DNA of 64,000 nucleotides. Origin: Parasitella parasitica NRRL 2501. Its lineage: Eukaryota > Fungi > Mucoromycota. The translations under genes were made by a program, and so were the position numbers. The notes beneath the pieces are model-generated. The model did no database searches and had not been told where the DNA came from. It saw only the letters and a program-made list of their open reading frames with translations. Positions 53,033-64,000 of the stretch are shown here, piece after piece (the stretch's first letter is position 1; each line of letters opens with the position of its first letter). Location: assembly GCA_025201805.1 (NCBI GenBank), contig MU619257.1:136615-200614 (forward strand), given 5' to 3'.

Positions 53033-54032
53033 ATGGAAGACGAAGAAGGTACGGGTTTGCTTGTATGATGACGAGTCATAGATAATTAGAACGTATTCCA
53101 GAGATCTGTAGAGTCTGCCGCTCGGAAGGCACCGTCGACCAGCCTCTATTTCATCCTTGTAAATGTGCAGGAAGTATTCGTTACGTTCACCAGGACTGGT
53201 AAGCAGCCTTCTATTATTAAAAGCAGTTGCATGATAGTAAAGATGAACAACATTAGTTTGATCGAATGGTTAACGCACAGTCGAAAAAAGTACGTCAAAT
53301 ACGCAGCCCAAACATATTCATGTACTAAATCGGATCCGTAGATATTGCGAACTGTGCGAGCATCCCTTTACATTTACACCAGGTAAAAAGATTGATTTTT
53401 AGACCGAGTGATGGCAATGAATTGACGAAAATCATCTAGTTTATCGACAAGACATGCCAGATGTGTTACCTCCCAAGCTATTTGTACGGCAATTGAAGAA
53501 AAAGCTCGCGTTTGCCATCACAACGACATTACGAGCAATCTTGGTCTCTTGTATTTGGCTGATACTACTGCCGTATTTCACTATTTGGATTTGGAGGCTA
53601 TACTTTTCAATGGGCACTAATTTATCAAAGCATCTCTCACGATTGCAGCGGCTGAGACCAAGGATTGGATTCTCTAACACTGTGCGGGAAGAGATGTTGA
53701 ATTTCGACTATAGCTTACTCAACAGAACCAGCACAAGTTGGCTGCAGGATTACAGATCCCGATTTTCGCTGCAGTAAGAAGATTACAAACTGTACAAGAG
53801 TTCATTATGTAACTAACAAGCCCTTTCAGAACATTTTTATCAGATTGCTTCGAAGGCCAAATCATAACCTGCGTTGTCGTGGTGATTTTTGTCGCTGTGT
53901 TTTTACTGAGGGAATGGATTGTGCAGAATATACCAATGGAAGCCCCCATCATTGGAGATGACGATGCAGTAGAAATGGCCATTGACGACGACGAAGGGGA
54001 GCCTCTGCCTCGCCAACATCATCATCACAATC

Positions 54033-54119
<87 letters not shown>

Positions 54120-57100
54120 CTGCTGACAACTTGTTTGACAACCATTGGGATCATCATCAACAGGAGCCTCTGGATTTCGATCAGAGACCTCCCTCACCTG
54201 TCGCTACCACCTGGTTCGATAATGGTGAATCCAGTTCAGCAAATCTCATATTTTCCAACAACGAGATCTACAACAGACCCTCCCGTGCAACGTCCATGCC
54301 TCCATCGTTCTCATCTACAAGCTCTTTTCATGACTATGACGAAGAGCACCAGAGCAATGAGGGAAAGCCATTAGAAAACCGTAGATCAGCAAGCATGGAG
54401 CCATTTATCGACACCACGCCTTCAGACTATCTTAACAATAATGGCCACGACGAGTCATCTGGCTTTGCTCGAGGACATCCACCTAATGCACCGAGACTGA
54501 GACATGCTGAGGCTCCAACTTTTATCAGACCTGTGCTTGAAGTATTAGAAGAAGAGGAGGACCAACAACGACAAGCGCCACACGCAGCAGCACCCATCAG
54601 AGCACAGCCAATACTACCACCCCCACCCCCACCCCAGCCAATGATGAATGATGCAGATGACGATGACGATAATGTCGAAGAATTCGAAGGTGTCCTAGAA
54701 GCTATCGGCATGCAAGGCAGTCTATGGTCATTGCTGCAAAACTGTGCTTTGATGGGGTTGCTGATCGCGCTCAGTCTTGGCGCTGCTGTTTGGATCCCAT
54801 ACTTGATAGGCATGCTATTCATTATGACAGAGATCCTGGATGTAATCCGTATACCATTAAAGCTGACACGACTGATAACAGATCCTGTCGTAGACTTTTT
54901 ATTCTTTGTTTGCACCGACTATATTGCACCATGGCTTGCGGACGCCTATACTCAACATTTGCGCCCTTATTGGATTGCATTCTCCACTTGGCACATATCA
55001 CAAAAGATATTCATTGCGTTCACGTACATTCTGGGCCGTGCTCTCTCACTCGCTGATCCCCTAAGCTCTAACACTCCAGCCTCCTTGATATCATCATCTT
55101 TTGAAAATATACCCACATCACCATCAGCAGTAGCTTCCGACTCCACCTCGACATTTATCACATCGATGGCTAAATTTATTAATCAGACAGAACCCATGCT
55201 GGAATCGGCTATTCACCGGTATCAGCTGCTTGCCACAGGTCAGACTGCTATGGACCGTTTCGCTTGCATTTTCGTGGGCTATATTATCATAGCCTTAGCC
55301 AGTTGTTGGTACCTTTCGCGATCCCCCAACAACAGCAACAGCAACAGCAACATGGCTGCCTTGGGTCGCACAGCGCAAGAGGCTATTCGCCATCAAGGAA
55401 TTATCTTCAAGGTGGGCATGTTCATCAGCATCGAGCTTGCTATGTTTCCTATTGTTTGCGGTTTCCTGCTTGATTTATCAACAATGCCCTTATTTAAATC
55501 GGCTTCGTTCATGGGTAGATTCATGTATCTAAAATCAAATCCTGTGCCGTCTGTATTCCTGCATTGGTTCCTAGGCACTGGCTTCATGTTCTTGTTCGCG
55601 GTCTTGGTGACATTATGTCGTGATGTAGTGCGTCCAGGCGTAATGTGGTTTATTAGAGACCCCAACGATCCGCAGTTCCATCCCATTCGAGAAATAGTTG
55701 AAAGACCCGTTTTCTTTCAACTGAAGAAGATTGGAGCCAGTGCTCTGATCTATCTTACGGTGATAATAGTGGGCATTGGCGGCCTAGTTCATTTCCTCAA
55801 CACAGTGGCCGGACACATCTTACCGCTGAGGTGGAATCTATCGTAAGTGTCTTTTTTTTTTTTTCACATAATCCCATAATCGTTTGAATTTATCGAGTTA
55901 ATGTTTGTTTAACACATTTAGTAGAGTTCCTTTATCAGTAGTTCCAGTGGATTTAATTGTAATTCACGTTGGTATTCCTGCTATTGTCAACTATTTCAAG
56001 CCAAAGCAGATTATCAAGCAGGTGTTTGTCAAATGGATTACCATGACATGCCGTCATTTGAGATTATCGTCATTTGTGTTTGGCGGTAGAAAGGCAGACG
56101 AGGAAGGGACCTTGGTATATCACAACTGGGTGGCATGGCTGAAGCGCACAAAACCTACGCACTATCCTGCGGATGGTGCCATCGATGACATTATAGAGAG
56201 CCAAGTATCTTATTTGTGGGAGGGCCAATTACTGCGTGTTCCTCGACATGATAGCGTACCTATTATCGAACGTCGTCGTATGCTTGTGCCTGTTGATAAC
56301 TTTACCCTTGAACCTCTGGATGAAACTGAAAGACGATTGGGACATCCTGCTGCCAGCGCACCTGGTGGTGACGAAGTAAACACTGTCATTGTCTACAGCC
56401 CTCCTCATTTCAAAGAAAGACTGCTAGTTTTTGTGGGCTTTATGTGGTTGTCTATGAGCATATTTTTCTGCGCCATCACCGTATTGCCTGTTCTCCTAGG
56501 TCGCTACATCTTTGAGCACAAACTGCATCTTGATACCGAGGTACATGACATTTATTCGTTCGTTTTAGGTGGCTGTATCCTGCTGTTCATGGGTATATTG
56601 ATTCAGCAATGCTACAAATCTGTCAAGGATATCAGCGCACAATCCACATGGTCTGACTTGACGCTGTCAGTATGGGACCATGTCAAGCAATGGACTTTAT
56701 GGCTTTCTCGATGGTCTTTCTTTGTATTATCGTTTGGTGTTCTCGTACCAATGTCGCTTGGAATCATGATCGAGTTATATCTTGTTCTGCCGTTTGTTCA
56801 GATTACTCCAGATGCACCTTCGATCGAAATATTGCCCATGTGGGCTGCTGGCTTTGTGTGCCAAGTGATACTCCATGGATTTATACAAGTTGTTCCCAAT
56901 AATAAGTTGAAGGAGATTCTTGAAGATGTAAGTATCAGTATTTTAACTCACAACGTGCCCGCTTATCCAGCTCCTTCGTGTAATAGGTATTCCAAGGGGG
57001 TATCAATGAAATGAAGGTTGAATCATGTTGCACAAGGCTACTGGGCCCATTACTGTTTGTCACCTTGAATGCTAGCTGTCTCCCATTCTTGCCAGCTTAC

Positions 57101-57370
57101 ATCAATATGAAGATTCTCGACATGAGTCGCAAGTATTTCAAACCATGCTTATACACATCAAGTCTGACTAATATGTTGTTTTCTGTAATAGTTGAGCAAA
57201 ACGCTGAATTGTCAATGAAGATGCTTCAAATGGCTTATCCCATTGCTCTTATTGGCATTGGAGGCTATTATCTCGGCAAATTTGGTAGAAGGATTAGAAC
57301 TAGGTTGGTTCAAAACATTAGAGAAGACAACTATTTGATAGGCAGAACACTGCATAACCTGGATCAATAA
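53033..57370 (+). CDS. SSM4: ERAD E3 ubiquitin ligase Doa10/MARCH6 (RING-CH plus multi-TM), multi-exon
   Basis: ICRVCRSEG...[40 protein letters not shown]; [19 protein letters not shown]; C-terminal [15 protein letters not shown]. Confidence 0.95.
54032..54118 (+). repeat. Coding (CAA)n(CAG)n polyglutamine tract in DOA10
   Basis: About 29 consecutive Gln codons. Confidence 0.9.
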
Positions 57371-57467
57371 GCATTTCACTCACATACGCTCAATGCCAAC
57401 ATTTACAACATGACATTATATACCTCTTCATTGTAAAATAAAAATAAAACAAAAAGGCTTCATCTGT

Positions 57468-59889
57468 TTATTTAAAATGCAATTCTTTACGCAGGCAAGA
57501 TAATTCATCAACTGAAAGCTGACCAGGAGCAGCAGCTACAGCCATGGTTGGGTGTGTTGCAGGGCTCAGAAACTTGTTGGCAACTCTTGAAAACCTGCCA
57601 TCAGCGCCCATATTGATCAAAATAATCTCCTTGTTCTTTTCAGGATCAATTTGGCGTCTAAATTCTTCTAGCTTGATATTATCGTAAAAGCTTTTCGCAA
57701 ACCCGACCAGTTTGATAACCCCTTGGTGCTTGTAAACCTCAAATAGGCGTCGTGCTTGCTCATGTATTCTTTTCATCGCATCATCAGACCAAGAAAGTGC
57801 GTGCTTGGGGTCATGGAAAGAGAAAATAATCTTTGTGTTATCGTACAGCTGGTTCAATTCCATGATTGCTTGCTGTTTATTTTCAGGCAATGTGCATGAT
57901 TCCATGTCAATGTAGTCGCACCCCCACCGATGGCCCCATCGAAGAAGGGTTTCGTAAAGATCCACTTGGGTAGAATCAAATTTTCCAGCTTGAGGCTGTG
58001 TACGAACAGTGTATATGATAGGCAGGTGCGTCAATTGTCGAAGATGAGCAAGCTGTGTACCAACATTGGCAACCCAACCATCCATGTCATCTTGAGGGGG
58101 CAAATGATCCACTCTGAATTCAATAGCATCGGTACCTTCAAGCCATTGCTTCATCAGTTCAGGCAAAACACACTGGTAAGATGATATTGTTGGTGTTATG
58201 AACGTAGTCTGCAAGCTACCGAGAGGACTGATATGGCGAGAATGAGCAAGCATGGTAATGTTGATAAAGTGTAGTGCATTACGAACAAATTGAAGATCGG
58301 CTTTTTCCAGAGGCAAGACTACATACTCGTACCATATATCGTTGCCAGTAAAAATCTTTGTTGAACCTGCCTGCCCAGTAAAATTGATTTTGATCTGTTT
58401 GTCTGCATTGTTGCCAGAAAGCTTCAATCGATGTTCGCTCTGAGCGGCGATTTCAACGCCAAAATTTTTGAACAATGTTGAAAGAGCCCTGAGATGTGAC
58501 AATAGATTGTGTGAATCGATAACAATATCAAGAGCAAACGTGTTCATAAAGTTGTCTTCTCGGAACATGCTGTTTGCTTTAGCTGTACTAGTGCTATCAA
58601 AAGACGACGGAATGTATTTTTGAAGAACATGTTTGATAGCAGCATCAGGTACATTTGAAGGCTTGTTTTCCAGATTCGAGCCAATATCTTTCAATAGCAC
58701 AATTCTCTTTTGAACACCTTTATTCTTCTTATCCACCTTCATAGTGTCCATAATTCGAGCTAATTCCAGTCTTCTTTGAGAGTCTTGATCAAACTTGACA
58801 GGTAACTCATACAATTGCAAACATTGCGTAAGTCGGGCAACCACGCCGGAATCGCAGTAGCCAAGATAATGCGAAAGTTCTGCTTCGTGTATCAAACCAA
58901 GGGAAACGCATTCACCATGAAGCCATTCAGGAGATAAATGGGCCTCATAAGCGTGTCCAAAGGAATGTCCAAAATTCAACAAACCACGAACGCCATCCTC
59001 TCTCTTGTCTCTAGTGACAATATCCGCTTTGAAAGCAGCACAGGCACATACTACATTAATTAACATTGCTTTATCGGCATCTATATGGATATATACATGT
59101 ATATAAATGACAAATCAATGGCTTAAATAGTATACATAGATAGGTACCTAGAACCTTTTGGTCGCTGAAACCAAGTACTGATTCAATTTGAGCTTTTCCA
59201 TTTTCAAGCTTAAGGAAGTCGGATTCACTCGAAATAGCAAATGTCTGTAGAAAGTATTAGGTAATCAACTTATGCCTGACAACAATTACTATGCGTACCT
59301 TTATTATTTCAGCCATACCATTGGCAACTTCTCTTTTGGGAAGCGTCTCCAGCACAGAAAGATTCATGTATATGCGCTTCGGCTGCCAAAAACTGCCAAT
59401 CAAGTTTTTACCATGGGCTGTGTCAATAGCTGTTTTGCCGCCAATGCTAGAATCAACCATAGCTAGCAATGTAGTGGGTATCTGAACAAACGGTACACCA
59501 CGCATAAATGTTGCTGCAACAAAGCCAACAAGATCTCCTACTACACCGCCACCTAGTGCAATAAGACAAGTGTCTCGCGTGCATTTTTCATTTAATAAAA
59601 AGTCCTCGATAGATGCTTTTGCATTGCGAGACTTGGATTGTTCACCACAGGGCAGAATGCGAGTCAGAAGCCTTTGATTTGGCTTCAATTGTAGCTGAAT
59701 CAGTTGGAATAATTCGCTCAGGTAAAGTGGTGCTAGCTGGGTGTCAGTAATGATCACGTAATTAGATACGTTATTAATGCTTTCAACCAAATCTAACGCT
59801 ATATGACTCATCAAGTTATAACCAATTTGAATAACATGTGGCACATTCAACAAAGAAATTGTTGTAACATTGGATATATCATAAACCAT
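57468..59889 (-). CDS. Bifunctional 3-dehydroquinate synthase / type I 3-dehydroquinate dehydratase (AROM-derived; no EPSPS, shikimate kinase or shikimate dehydrogenase), 3 exons
   Basis: DHQS: [65 protein letters not shown]. DHQase I: EFRVD, IIYTVRT, YIDME, SFHD, VIKLV, INMG..G..SRV.N, AAPGQLS, then stop. Confidence 0.88.
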
Positions 59890-61339
59890 CGTAGGAGATT
59901 ATAATGTATAAATGGAAAAGAAAGTTCTTATAATCTTAATGTATTATGCTAGGACAATTTATATTATATGCTTCAAATATTGTTGTTTGTTAAACTCGTA
60001 ATAAGCCGGCATGGTGCTCATTCAAGCAGTAAAATACATCTTTCTTTCAAGAAATAGAGCCGCTTTTAAATATTCCACATACAGAATGTCTGCTTTTTTT
60101 GGTGTTTTACTTATGCTGTTAGTGATAATGTTGCCAGTGCCAACAATAACTTTCCTGTTGGAGGCATTGGCTTATTCACATGGCATAAAGCCTGATCTTA
60201 TTTTTGGTATGGGCAGCAAAAACTCGTCAAATAGGCAGAACCAGAATATAGCAAGAGCAAGTTGCATCCTGATGAAAGGCGAGGAATTATATTAAGTTCT
60301 CTTCCAAAATATCTGCTCTTTCTTTACTTGGGACTTGCAGGCATTTTTTCAATGGATCTGATTTTATTGAGCAAACTTGAATCTTGTTGAAGCTGTTTGG
60401 TTTGAAGCTGCTGTCCACTTTAACGTCTAAATTAGTTAAATCAGGAAAATGAACCATTTGGTGTTCATATGAGGCAGCTAATTGATAAAAATTTTGACAG
60501 TGTCGAAGAGAGAACTGAAAACAATATTTCTGTTTTTACTTGTATTATATCTTTTGAGACGATTTGTTTCCATTAAAGTCAAAGGTATCCATTTTAGTAG
60601 AGTCTTTTTTTTTTAATTCTCTGCAAGCAAAATAAAGAGAACAGGGACAGTGCCTCGATGGGTTAAAGCGACCAGAATACTAGGCATGGTCAAGGGTTAA
60701 AGACAGATTGTAGACCTACTGCAACCCATTGCACGCAACTGAAAAGGAAGCCTACCGACTCAAATAATGCTGTTCTACCCTGATGTTTTAGCGATAATCA
60801 AGCAAACAGAGATCATCATGATTGAGACTTCTAATTAACACTGGATACATAGTAGTTACGTCTGTCGTTATGAGTGCTTGTACCTGTCATTAAGAAGGCT
60901 AAACAGGTTCCCAAAATATGACAAGTTGATAGTTTTTATTCTGATGTCTCGCTCTCTGCACTGTCAAGAGCACTTTATCAAAACAACGCAGCTTGATCCT
61001 TAACAAGCCATTCGACAAAGATGAGATTGTTCATTACGACCTGTTCAGTAAGGCCGACTCAAGTTTGTCTTTTTGGAGTGAGTATTTGATAATCCAGACA
61101 GCTCTCGGCTCAAGTAGGATATATTGCATGCGCACCTTTTAACTGCTCAGAGATGGCTTGTATAAGCTTTTACCTTTCAAATGCAAAAAGCAGATTCGAA
61201 TCGTCCATCTGCAAGTCTTTTTAATTGTCAGACATTAATTGTTTGTTATGATTATCTCACTAAACAACAATAGCCTCTTTTCTCCTTTCTTTTCTTTTCT
61301 TTTTCTTTGTATATTCTGATCAAAGAGTTTGATGCAAGT

Positions 61340-63552
61340 ATGAACCAAGAGTTGACGCGTCGGTACCCACAACCGGTGCCGGTTTCAGCGGCTACAGCTC
61401 TTCATTATCGACAGTACAAAAATAATACAAGCGTAGCGTCATCGCTAGGTTCTATTCCAGACCCTATCGAGTTACTGAACATTAAAGCAGACTTGGAGGC
61501 GTTGTTGCCTTTATCTGAAAGAAGGGCTCGAAACCTTCAGAGAGATCTCTCTAATATAAAGAAAAATGTTCGGGTGCGAGACTTGAGTAAGTAGAGCAAT
61601 TGGATTAATGGTGCCTGTGCTAACCCAACAGAAAACAGCCCAAGACGAACAAAAACAACTGGATCAACAACTGCAGTACCAAAAGAAACAACAGCAAGCA
61701 CAAAAGCAGTTGATGCAAATACAACAGCAAACACTGCAGCAAACACAACAAAGCCATCAAGACCATCCCAAGAAATCAGGCAAGAGCACCAGTCCTGCTA
61801 TCTTGGAAAAACTGCAAATCAAGCAAGAAACCACAAGTATTTAGTATTGTTGCTTTATTATTTGCATTTCAAGTTCTATATTTATTTATGCTATTTTTAT
61901 GATTTTTCTCTCTCCTCTTTTCCTCCCATTTTTTCCTGTAGATGAATCGTCAGATATGCTACACTCAATCACACAAAATAAGAACCAACTCGAAAGGCAG
62001 CTGTACAGTAGTCAAATATACCAAAGCAATATATGCTGAATGCTCAAAGACTCACATAAATGTGTAATAACAGTGCATTGGAAGCTCTACGACGGAAAAG
62101 AAGACGAGAAGATGATGTCGGTCTATCCAAAAGTAAAAGAAGCAAGATGTACATTTCTCAAACGTTGTTTTTACTGAATTGATATTGTAGATGCTTCGTC
62201 TCGGAGTGAATCGCCTCACCAAATAGTTAAACTAAAGAGATTAGACGATACACCTCCTAATACAGTAACACGAAGCCTATCACCGCCTTCATTTTCCACG
62301 ACACCAACTGCGAAATCACATACAAAAGCAGCACAGGTACTCTAACCAGAATAGCAAGCACCGTCCAGCTAACGTTTATGTTTATGCTTTAGCAGCATAC
62401 AAAAAAAAAGAAATCGACAGATGCCAATAGAAATCACAATAGCACGCAGCAGAAAGCACATAATCGATCCAGTACACCCGACACGGATTTCGTCCGAGTA
62501 AAATCCAAAGACCAAGTACCCATTCTGACCTTTTGGACAGCTGTAGATCCACATTTTCGACCTCTAGCAGAAGAAGATCGATCCTTTTTACTGGCCAAAG
62601 ATGATGATGAAAAGTTCTATTCGATACCACCCTTGGGCAGGCATTACACAGACGTTTGGTCAGAGGACGATATACCCGCTATGAGTCGATCACATTCACC
62701 TATGAGTTCTAGTTCGAGACAAGACTCACACGATCATGTAAAATACCTATCACACCCTTTGACTGACGACCATCTGTTTAAGGCTGATATTAGCTGTGGG
62801 AAATTGACGGAGCGATTACTGAGCAGCTTGGTAGCAGATGATGGGATTGTAATTCATGAGGAAGACGATGACCAGGACGATATTTTGTCAACCGAGCTAT
62901 TTGCTCCTACTAAAGATTACAATTACAGTCGATCAATAGAGGAAATGTTGTCGAAACCCCCAGATGACATTGCAGTTTTTGAGGAGAGATTAAAGGACGA
63001 GTTGCGATATGCTGGATTATTTGGTGAAGATGATGTGAGTTGGGGAAACTATCATGCAAATGGGTTGTTTAACAAGCCATCTATAGGTTGACTGGGACAC
63101 CAGAGAAGATGACGAAATATGTGCAGAGTTAAGACTGGCAAGCAAAGAGCTGAAGGATCAATACGCCATGAACGAATACCGAAAAAAACGGCTATTGAGT
63201 GTAGTTGATAATCAGCTGCAATATGAGCAGTATAGACATGTGTTGGATAACCTAGACGTTCAAGTAGAGCAATGCTATTTAAAGCGATTTGTAAGTTGCA
63301 AAGCAACCCATTCTTACGCAGCAATCTAACATGACATATATGCAGAGAACGCAAAAATCGAAAAAAAGAAAGACACCAGCTTCGTCAAAATCTGCTCTAT
63401 CAGAACACGCAGTCCATGCAATGACCAAGAGAAAAGCCTGGATTAATGCTTTGGAGGGAATCTTTAATGACAAAAACCTTGTTATGCCCACAGTTTCGAT
63501 ATTCGAAGAGGAGGTGTTTACAAACGATAATAACCATAAGCAAATCCAATAA
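61340..63552 (+). CDS. NGG1: SAGA/ADA HAT-module subunit Ada3/Ngg1, multi-exon
   Basis: DFVRVKSKDQVPILTFWTAVDPHFRPL, IPPLGRHYTDVW, CGKLTERLLSSL, FEERLKDELRYAGL, DW..REDDEICAELR, QLQYEQY..VLDNLD.QVEQ.YLKR. Confidence 0.9.
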
Positions 63553-63677
63553 ATGTAAATCACAGCTTGAGCACCCAATAACTCACGCTGCTAGCCATTG
63601 AAGGGCTTTTGCTCTACAAAATCATTGAGACAATTGTTGCTTTCATGGATAGCGCCCGCCGTAAACGTCTCTTAGTT

Positions 63678-64000
63678 TCATGCAATACATTTCCAGTTTC
63701 TGAGATCCTCCCTGAAAATCATAGTCTCTCTGGCACCAAACTCTGTTTTTTTTTTTTCTATCCACACTTTGATTTAAACGGTCGTGATACCGTATTTTAA
63801 AGGACAAGCACATTGACTTGTAAATTCCCCACCACAAAAACCAGCAGCTATCATAATAGTTTCCTTGTCGATCAAAATACCTCGCTTGAAATTGAGAAAA
63901 TCCCCTGTATGAATTGACATTCTCGAAATACAGAATCAGATGTTGATACCTTTGATACTCCACACTTCCCCACATGAAAGATACCTAGAATAGCAATACC
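63678..64000 (-). CDS. 3' exons of an unidentified gene entering from the right edge
   Basis: A spliced reading through two GT-AG introns gives YLSCGEVWSIKGDFLNFKRGILIDKETIMIAAGFCGGEFTKFGARETMIFREDLRNWKCIA*. Confidence 0.45.

Noticed and set aside
53903-54374. Poly-Leu, poly-Val/Ala and poly-Asn ORFs
   Set aside because: Alternative-frame and antisense shadows of the Doa10 polyQ tract. The same applies to other antisense ORFs overlapping real genes.
60011-60300. Fanzor/TnpB RuvC relic on the minus strand
   Set aside because: Only a vague resemblance across broken frames; no catalytic motifs or zinc finger can be supported.

Overview
Intron-rich, AT-rich eukaryotic DNA from a fungus. Gene content, short GT-AG introns and transposon types suggest an early-diverging Mucorales-like fungus (inference). 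There are about 20 host genes: the RSE1 5' end, a beta-flanking-like protein, a C2 protein, SPT7, Pumilio, ARC1, Ras, twinfilin, a Pho80/Pcl cyclin, a Prm10-like protein, DBP8, a secreted Cu/Zn SOD, D-amino-acid oxidase, an AVT3/4-like transporter, DOA10, NGG1/ADA3 and several unknowns. A transposon island at about 34-46 kb surrounds a tRNA-Ser(AGA). It holds a LINE relic, a three-copy 89-bp repeat, a spliced Mutator-like (DUF6729-type) transposase with a WRN/DnaQ-type 3'-5' exonuclease embedded in it, an intact Tc1/IS630 DD34E element, nested solo LTRs and a possible Helitron end. The two most notable items are that exonuclease-carrying transposase and a 'mini-AROM' gene fusing only DHQ synthase and type I dehydroquinase. 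Exon boundaries were read by eye and are approximate. Four short N-gaps are present (513-522, 10768-10797, 14831-14840, 26178-26222).
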